Assembly: GCA_044426075.1 (NCBI GenBank)
Contig: JAWXUT010000003.1
Span: 1 to 33,002 of the forward strand
DNA: 33,002 nucleotides
Origin: Bacillota bacterium
GTDB lineage: Bacteria; Bacillota; Clostridia; Christensenellales; DTU072
Reading direction: 5' to 3'
Shown here: positions 27,236 through 33,002 of the stretch, in pieces
How positions within the stretch are numbered: the stretch's first letter is position 1
How the letters are laid out: every line of letters begins with the position of its first letter
Translations under genes and position numbers: made by a program
The notes under the pieces: generated by a model
Database searches by the model: none
Told to the model about the DNA's origin: nothing
What the model saw: the letters and a program-made list of their open reading frames with translations, nothing else

Positions 27236-28246
27236 CTAATATATTGTGTCGTATGTGCTTTCTTCTTGTTCGTCTACATTCGGTAACATCGCCATGCCAT
27301 ACGCTTTTCTGTACTCTTTATTGTAACTGCCATTGTAACTTAACTTAAATTCCGATATATCCAACTTTTCGCCACCCATAATGTGCTCATATGCTAGCTC
27401 GATTAATTGCACACCCCGCTCTTTTGCTCTGTCAAGCATCTCGGGGAACGACTTGTACTCAAGTTCGCATTGTTCTACATCTTTATAAATTGCCCCATAT
27501 GGTTGTTTTTTTAAGTTTAGATAATCATATCTCGTATCTAATCCCCGCGGCCTTAGCGCTGACAACAATAAATGGTCTGCCTTTAATTTGCGGTCAATTA
27601 ATTCTAGAATCATATATCGCATTCGCCCATTTTTGTGCCTTTGACACAAGAATAACAGCAATCTTATACAAAATAATGACTTCCATATATCTGCATTGCT
27701 CCAACGCATACCATTTATTCCACCCAAAATATCCACAAAATATCGCTTAATCTGCCTTCTTTGCTTCTTGCCCCACTTAAAACTCCAGTACGAATTCGCA
27801 TGCTTGCCGTGTAAACAATAATGCCCTACATATGTATCCATTTCTGTTTCAATAATTAAATGCAAGCACCCGTTTAGCGTTGGGTCGAATTTTTGGCGCA
27901 TTCGATTGTCTATATAATCATATACATAGGGGTGAACCACAGTATCCGTTGCATAATGAGTCAAAAATCCCATAAAATACGCAAATGTGCTGGGGTCTTT
28001 TTGGTGGTTCTTACGTAAATATTCTGCAATCCTATAAAACGAACTAAATATGTGATCTTCGTGCAAAATGTCGCCCTGATCCTTCTTGGTTTGATCTTTT
28101 GAAAACATCAATCCCATTAGCACATCAGGCCCCATTGAACCGAAATTATACATATCTTTGTATGGCAAAATTTTGCGCTTTAAATCTTCATCTAACGCAT
28201 CAAAAATTATATCACTTGTATATTTATGTGTAAGTGAATTTGGCAT
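27236..28246 (-). CDS. Zinc-dependent phospholipase C / P1 nuclease-fold family protein, no signal peptide
   Basis: N-terminal MP...TH, GSMGPD, LH, GFLTHYATDTVVHPYV and HLIIETEMD metal-ligand pattern. Confidence 0.75.
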   Translation of the reverse strand: MPNSLTHKYTSDIIFDALDEDLKRKILPYKDMYNFGSMGPDVLMGLMFSKDQTKKDQGDILHEDHIFSSFYRIAEYLRKNHQKDPSTFAYFMGFLTHYATDTVVHPYVYDYIDNRMRQKFDPTLNGCLHLIIETEMDTYVGHYCLHGKHANSYWSFKWGKKQRRQIKRYFVDILGGINGMRWSNADIWKSLFCIRLLLFLCQRHKNGRMRYMILELIDRKLKADHLLLSALRPRGLDTRYDYLNLKKQPYGAIYKDVEQCELEYKSFPEMLDRAKERGVQLIELAYEHIMGGEKLDISEFKLSYNGSYNKEYRKAYGMAMLPNVDEQEESTYDTIY

Positions 28247-28276
28247 ACTCGCTCTGCTCCCTATACTCTTCTACTT

Positions 28277-28305
28277 AGTTTAACATAAATATTGCCTAAT
28301 TGCAA
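28277..28305 (-). promoter_or_regulatory. Putative promoter of the Zn-PLC-metG-tatD-rSAM-rsmA operon
   Basis: TTGCAA-17 bp-TAAACT with extended TG. Confidence 0.6.
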
Positions 28306-28349
28306 ATGGTATTATAATATAATTTTAATTATTATCACGCGCATATAAG

Positions 28350-28400
28350 AAAAAAAATCCGCTATTTCTCATATTGCTATGCGGTTAAAGGCGGATTTTT
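28350..28400 (-). terminator. Putative terminator after the 806-aa gene
   Basis: AAAAATCCGC...GCGGATTTTTTTT inverted repeat with a T run on the minus strand. Confidence 0.6.
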
Positions 28401-28418
28401 AATTAGTATGATTTATGT

Positions 28419-30839
28419 TTACTTGTGATATTCTACAGCAAACTTCTCTTTAGGCACCACTTCTTGCACGCCATTTATTGTAAGAAGCAAACCGTGCTCT
28501 TTTATTAATAGTCCGTGTTCGGGGTCTTTAAACTCAATTTTCCGATACCCATTATAGGCAATATCAGCACTACGCATAGCTTCCACAAAAGCGTTGAAAT
28601 CACCAAATTCGCCCTCGCTTCCCGCACGAATAACAATACCTACATGACTTGCATTAAAAATGATTTCTTTATTTGTATTTGCGCCACTCTGCACCGTTTC
28701 TATTGCAACACTTGCCTTAACCGCTAAATAGGCTTTGCCCGTGTGATAATAGATTGCACCATATTCTTCATACACCTCATCATAACTTTCAATTGGAGAA
28801 TATCCGTGCACATACTGCACCATCTCGTGCTCTGCGATATTAAACACCATCATTGTAACATTTTTGTATGACGCAACCATTGGCACTGTGCCATTGCCCG
28901 CCCAGTAGGAGGGTCTATTTTCTCCACTATAACAACGCTCGCCTGGATTGTTTATGAAAAATTCCACATTCTTCTCACCCAAATTCACATTGAACATATG
29001 CTGTTGGTGCCCGTGTTCAAATGGAATATAATCTAAACAATTACTCATTATATAATCTGCCGTGCGATAGCTCTTGGTGCGAACATTGCTCTGCCCGTGC
29101 ACCCAATGTGTTGTGATTGCGTGGCTTTTACTTAAATCTGTAAGCGACTTGTAACAAGGTGGCTCGTATGCTGACAATGCATACAAAATTGACGCCCTTG
29201 CTGGCAGTACGCACTCGCCTTCCCCCGTTGTTATCCACGATATCAAACTCAATTCGCGTAAATATGGATTTTTTAATGCAACCTCATATGCTCTGCCGTA
29301 AGTGTTGGTGTATCGCCCATTAAACATTGAAACCGCAATAACTTTAAATATGATATCCAACGCTTCTTTTGCCTTTTTGCGAATTTCTGCATCGGGTGCT
29401 AAATCATATAATGTGAAAAATCCTATGCAATCTACTGGCAAATATCCTGGTGAATTCCATTCCGCAAAACCGAATGCAAAAAAGTCCGCAAACCACTTAT
29501 CTAAACGCTGTTTACCAATTTCCTTTTGTTTAAGACCCGTTCTTCCACTGGCAGAAAATATGTCCTCTTTAAAAATATCCCCACCTAAATATTGCGATAC
29601 ATGAAACAGCAAACTGTGGTTTTCGCTAAAATACCACATTACATCTTTACCTGGTTCGTCAACCCAATATCTAAAGTTTTTGATTGCTTTGTCAATTGTT
29701 GCCACCCACTCTTCAGTGAGCAAAGGTGTATACTTTTTCTTGATATGAATTACAACTGGCAACAAAAAGTCCGAACAATCTTCGCGTCTGTTTATGCGAC
29801 CTATTGAGTGGGAAAGTTCTGCCTCGCGTACCTCATCTAACATATTGCCTTGCCTTAACCACGCTAGTATATTACACAATCCACCTGCCCCATATCGCTT
29901 GGTTGACGCATTTGATATAACTTGTGCTTTGCGTTCCTCAACTGTAGCATTTGGATACCCTATCTGCGATAATTTAGGCGGATTACAGCCGATAAGCAAC
30001 TTCCTAGTTATGCAATATTCATCAACTTTTATGGTTAGATTTAAAAACCTTCCGCCTCTATTAAACGTGCCCGCATCAAGCAAAATTCCGTCATTCCACG
30101 GTGATATAAGTTGTGTTGTTTGCTGTCCGCCGAATGCAATTTCTAGTTCGGTGTCACACTCCAAAATTCCGCTAACGCAACCTATTACAATATCTTCAGT
30201 GCTATCAATACAATCTTTAACAGTATAGCAACTAGTTAAAAATTCTTCCGCCTTGTCTATTTTTTTGCCAAGCCCATTTACGTTTAGCCTTACTTCAAGC
30301 TCCTCTCCGCTGATGTTTAACATTGCAAAGAAAAAACAAATATCACGCTCAGCCAAGTCTTCTGCATAAATTTCAAATGAATTTTCACCCTCTTTAAGTG
30401 GAATTTCTATGTCACGCGAGGAGCGTACATTTCTTGTGTATGGGGCAAACATCACGGCTTCAGCACCATTTACCCACAACTTAACAGCGCCACTTGTATC
30501 GATTCTAAATTTATAAATGCCTGCGTGAGGTGCAACTATTGTAGTTTCTCCCTCCACCGATAGATGTTTTGGTATGTGGATAAAATCTGCAAAATCCACC
30601 TTGTCACTCTCATATGAAAAGTTGATATTTTTGCATTCCCTAGTATTCTTTTTATGTGCCAATATGGGCATATCTTTTAAGTATTGTTCGCGTACTGGAT
30701 ACACCACTATTGAATGCCCCTCACCCGCATAAACTAGCGCATCAAATGTTCCCACCTCTGAATCAACATAGGTTGACTGCAAACTAGACATCTTCCAATG
30801 CGTTATTGCATCGTTGTTTTTAATTGTGCGTGATAGCAT
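28419..30839 (-). CDS. Uncharacterised 806-aa protein, possibly carbohydrate-active (beta-sandwich N-terminus, heparinase II/III-like helical plus beta C-terminus)
   Basis: Long clean ORF; ATG 30839 preceded by GAGGTG; blocks REDCSDF, FRYWVDEPG.DVMWYFSENH, EWNSPGY, RPSYWAGNG. The fold assignment is inference. Confidence 0.6.
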   Translation of the reverse strand: MLSRTIKNNDAITHWKMSSLQSTYVDSEVGTFDALVYAGEGHSIVVYPVREQYLKDMPILAHKKNTRECKNINFSYESDKVDFADFIHIPKHLSVEGETTIVAPHAGIYKFRIDTSGAVKLWVNGAEAVMFAPYTRNVRSSRDIEIPLKEGENSFEIYAEDLAERDICFFFAMLNISGEELEVRLNVNGLGKKIDKAEEFLTSCYTVKDCIDSTEDIVIGCVSGILECDTELEIAFGGQQTTQLISPWNDGILLDAGTFNRGGRFLNLTIKVDEYCITRKLLIGCNPPKLSQIGYPNATVEERKAQVISNASTKRYGAGGLCNILAWLRQGNMLDEVREAELSHSIGRINRREDCSDFLLPVVIHIKKKYTPLLTEEWVATIDKAIKNFRYWVDEPGKDVMWYFSENHSLLFHVSQYLGGDIFKEDIFSASGRTGLKQKEIGKQRLDKWFADFFAFGFAEWNSPGYLPVDCIGFFTLYDLAPDAEIRKKAKEALDIIFKVIAVSMFNGRYTNTYGRAYEVALKNPYLRELSLISWITTGEGECVLPARASILYALSAYEPPCYKSLTDLSKSHAITTHWVHGQSNVRTKSYRTADYIMSNCLDYIPFEHGHQQHMFNVNLGEKNVEFFINNPGERCYSGENRPSYWAGNGTVPMVASYKNVTMMVFNIAEHEMVQYVHGYSPIESYDEVYEEYGAIYYHTGKAYLAVKASVAIETVQSGANTNKEIIFNASHVGIVIRAGSEGEFGDFNAFVEAMRSADIAYNGYRKIEFKDPEHGLLIKEHGLLLTINGVQEVVPKEKFAVEYHK

Positions 30840-30868
30840 AGTATTCACCTCAAAAAATTTATAGGTTA

Positions 30869-30897
30869 ATTATACCACACAGTTTGCAATGTGTAAA
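30869..30897 (-). promoter_or_regulatory. Promoter of the 806-aa gene
   Basis: TTTACA-17 bp-TATAAT with extended TG. Confidence 0.7.
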
Positions 30898-30934
30898 TAT
30901 CGAACACCATTTTATTTGTATACTATGCAGTTTA

Positions 30935-30964
30935 TTGTCAACAATCAAATGTAAAGAATATAAT
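30935..30964 (+). promoter_or_regulatory. Promoter directly upstream of mazF
   Basis: TTGTCA-18 bp-TATAAT, then AGGAG RBS and ATG 30980. Confidence 0.6.
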
Positions 30965-30979
30965 GTAGAGGAGACGCAA

Positions 30980-31321
30980 ATGGTCAAAAGAGGAGAATTA
31001 TATTACGCCGACCTCAGTCCCGTTGTCGGCAGTGAACAAGGCGGTATTCGCCCCGTACTTATAGTGCAAAATGATGTAGGCAACAAGTATTCACCTACAG
31101 TAATAGCCGCGGCAATAACCAGCCAACTAAACAAAGCAAAACTGCCCACGCACATAGCGTTAAGGGAGTCGTGCACGCTACCCAAAGACAGTGTTGTTTT
31201 GTTAGAGCAGATACGCACGATAGACAAAGCCCGCTTACAAGACCGCATAGGAGAAGTAAATTCCGACACTATGCGTAAAGTAAACAGTGCATTAATGATA
31301 AGTTTGGGCTTTTTTGTGTAA
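30980..31321 (+). CDS. mazF: PemK/MazF family endoribonuclease (NdoA/EndoA-like)
   Basis: [52 protein letters not shown]; start set at ATG 30980 after GAGGAG. Confidence 0.95.
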   Translation: MVKRGELYYADLSPVVGSEQGGIRPVLIVQNDVGNKYSPTVIAAAITSQLNKAKLPTHIALRESCTLPKDSVVLLEQIRTIDKARLQDRIGEVNSDTMRKVNSALMISLGFFV

Positions 31322-31326
31322 TGACA

Positions 31327-31355
31327 TTGAAATCATATATATAATATGTTATAAT
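31327..31355 (+). promoter_or_regulatory. recX promoter, probably leaderless
   Basis: TTGAAA-17 bp-TATAAT with extended TG; ATG 6 nt downstream and no SD sequence. Confidence 0.7.
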
Positions 31356-31361
31356 TTATAT

Positions 31362-31979
31362 ATGAAGATAGAAAACATTAAATTTGGAAAAAAATTTGCC
31401 AGTATAGTGGTAGATGGCGAGCAATACAGCAAGCTATCGCTACTAGCTGTGCAACAATATCGCTTTACTGAACCCAAGGAAATACACCTTGAGGATTGGC
31501 GCGAATTTTTAACATATAACGATGAAACATTATGTAAAGAAAACCTTATGGCAATGCTAGCTAGAAGTATGCGAACAGAAAAGGAAGCCCGCATTAAATT
31601 GCGTCAAAAAGGTCATTCCACTTCTTCCATAAACAAAGCTATGGAACTAGCCAAAAGTTACGGTTATTTATCAGACACCGCGTATGCAGAAAACTTTGTA
31701 AACTGTGCAAAAAGTAGTAGTGGAAAATTCAAAATAAAACGCACACTAAAAGAGCGTGGCGTGGCTGATGAAATAATAGAACAGTACACGACCAACCTAG
31801 AAGAAGATGAACTGCATTCCGCTAAAAACATCGCAACAAAATATATGCGTTCCAAGTCAATCGATGACCCCAAAGTAAAAGAAAAACTCTTCCGCCACCT
31901 AGCCTCACGCGGATTTAGCTATGATACAATAAAATCCGTAGTTGCCTCAATTGGCATACAAACAGATGACTTTGAATAA
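31362..31979 (+). CDS. recX: RecA regulator RecX
   Basis: RTEKE.R.KL, YGYLSD..YA..FV, G.FKIK..L..RGV, KLFRHLASRGFSYD; start set at ATG 31362. Confidence 0.9.
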   Translation: MKIENIKFGKKFASIVVDGEQYSKLSLLAVQQYRFTEPKEIHLEDWREFLTYNDETLCKENLMAMLARSMRTEKEARIKLRQKGHSTSSINKAMELAKSYGYLSDTAYAENFVNCAKSSSGKFKIKRTLKERGVADEIIEQYTTNLEEDELHSAKNIATKYMRSKSIDDPKVKEKLFRHLASRGFSYDTIKSVVASIGIQTDDFE

Positions 31980-32072
31980 ATCCCTTTTTACGCACACTAG
32001 CCGATTTGCAATGTCTACACCGTTGTTCTAATTTTATCGCCGTTGCCGGATTAACGCATAAACTGTATTATT

Positions 32073-32123
32073 GTAGGGTGCGTTAGTCCTCTGACGCCCG
32101 CATCCTTATGCTGTCAGCAGACT
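32073..32123 (+). repeat. GTAG-type REP-like palindrome, same family as 22553
   Basis: GTAGGGTGCGTTAGTCCTCTGACGCCCGCATCC is the exact reverse complement of the copy at about 22632-22664; upstream flank CATAAACTGTAT is shared with 22427. Confidence 0.85.
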
Positions 32124-32287
32124 ATTTATAAAATCCACACTTCTTCACTCTTAACTATAACTTATTACTTCAACCCGCAGGGTTCCCGCCCGCATCCTTA
32201 TGCTGTCAGCAGACTATTTATAAAATCCACACTTCTTCACTCTTAACTATAACTTATTCCTTCAACCCGCAGGGTTCCCGCCCGCAT
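32095..32287. repeat. 92-bp tandem direct repeat (2 copies plus 9 bp)
   Basis: Units start at 32095, 32187 and 32279 with CGCCCGCAT; one substitution between the full copies. Confidence 0.93.
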
Positions 32288-32345
32288 TTATATTAATATT
32301 AATATTAATATTTTGGACATAAACTCACTAAAACGGCTAAAATGA

Positions 32346-32374
32346 TTGACATTTGACACGATATGTGATAAACT
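32346..32374 (+). promoter_or_regulatory. Strong sigma-A promoter with no adjacent CDS
   Basis: TTGACA-17 bp-TAAACT with extended TG. Confidence 0.7.
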
Positions 32375-32386
32375 ATTACTGTGGAG

Positions 32387-32426
32387 GAGTCGGCCGCGCA
32401 ATGCTTGCGCTGTTGGCTCTTTTTTT
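32387..32426 (+). terminator. Intrinsic terminator/attenuator right after the 32346 promoter
   Basis: GAGTCGGC-C-GCGCAA-TGC-TTGCGC-T-GTTGGCTC followed by T7; three G-U pairs form only on the plus strand. Confidence 0.8.
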
Positions 32427-32443
32427 GTGCGGTGATAAAAAAC

Positions 32444-32500
32444 AACGGAGTGGAAACCCATAAACGGAGTGGAGACCCATAAATGGCGTGGAAACCCCAA
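32444..32500. repeat. Three tandem 19-bp repeats
   Basis: AACGGAGTGGAAACCCATA / AACGGAGTGGAGACCCATA / AATGGCGTGGAAACCCCAA. Confidence 0.9.
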
Positions 32501-32598
32501 CGTTTAAAATTTTATGCTTATTTAAACAAATTTAAACATTAAATTCAGTTGAACTGAATAGTTAAGACATTTCAAATAAAATTTTGTAAACTTACAAT

Positions 32599-32862
32599 AT
32601 GAATGTAAATATTATTTTTGCTACAAGAATTTCAAGTGCTATTAAGGGCAGTCAATACACCCAAAAACAAATAGCCATATTGTTGGGGATTTCTGAAGGA
32701 AACATAACCAACTGGAAAAATGGAGACAATTTACCCTCCATTGAAACGTTATGCAAACTTGCAATATTACTAGACGAAAAAATAGACTATCTTGTTGGCA
32801 TTGAAGACGAAGTTGGCAATCGCTCAAAATCAATAAACATCAAAAACTTTTCAACACAGTAA
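32599..32862 (+). CDS. XRE/Cro-CI family helix-turn-helix regulator
   Basis: TQKQIAILLGISEGNITNWKNGDNLPSIETLCKLA...IDYLVG. Confidence 0.88.
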   Translation: MNVNIIFATRISSAIKGSQYTQKQIAILLGISEGNITNWKNGDNLPSIETLCKLAILLDEKIDYLVGIEDEVGNRSKSINIKNFSTQ

Positions 32863-32948
32863 TCAATTCAAAAATAGACATTCAGTAAAGCACAATTGCG
32901 GGTTAATGAAAATGTGCAAAAACAGTTAATAAGTACGAGGGATTAGGG

Positions 32949-33002
32949 ATGAACAAACCATTATTATCAGTAATAGTGCCAGCATATAATGTTGAAGAAT
33001 TT
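32949..33002 (+). CDS. Glycosyltransferase family 2, 5' fragment
   Basis: MNKPLLSVIVPAYNVEEF is the canonical GT2 N-terminus; purine-rich RBS upstream. Confidence 0.8.
   Translation, partial: MNKPLLSVIVPAYNVEEF

Noticed and set aside
708-30228. Numerous short plus-strand ORFs in the track (e.g. 3870, 5408, 9908, 25240, 25822, 29794)
   Set aside because: Antisense shadows of well-supported minus-strand genes, with no RBS or recognisable motifs.
30884-30979. N-terminal extension of MazF as a fused antitoxin
   Set aside because: It spans the divergent promoters; the RBS-supported start is ATG 30980.
32444-32500. CRISPR array or type III antitoxin array
   Set aside because: Units are 19 bp, head-to-tail with no spacers, and no cas genes are present; they are shorter than ToxI repeats and not upstream of the toxin.
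32288-32500. 70-aa minus-strand ORF
   Set aside because: It merely translates the 19-bp repeats, terminator and TATTAA run; no RBS.

Overview
Low-GC Firmicute chromosomal window, Clostridia-like (inferred from gene content and sigma-A type promoters). Mostly minus-strand genes: a large surface lipoprotein with InlB-B-type repeats and BspA-type LRRs (missing from the ORF track because it runs off the left edge); the frr-uppS-cdsA-dxr-rseP-ispG operon; a small Cys-rich gene; a 3637-aa anchored surface protein with a SASA/SGNH O-acetylesterase head; tRNA-Leu(GAG); a Zn-PLC-family-metG-tatD-radical SAM-rsmA operon; and an uncharacterised 806-aa protein. The plus strand carries an orphan mazF/ndoA, recX, an XRE regulator and the start of a GT2 glycosyltransferase. 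The most striking item sits at the polC position after ispG: a complete, terminator-bounded 517-aa PolC derivative with N-terminal domain, OB fold and intact DEDDh exonuclease but no PHP or polymerase domain, and a beta-clamp-type QAGLF motif in the junction. It looks like PolC reduced to a stand-alone proofreader. Intergenic DNA holds a family of GTAG-type REP-like palindromes with compensatory changes, heptamer repeats bracketing the giant gene, and a promoter/terminator/3x19-bp unit. All calls come from manual motif reading; no database search was run.
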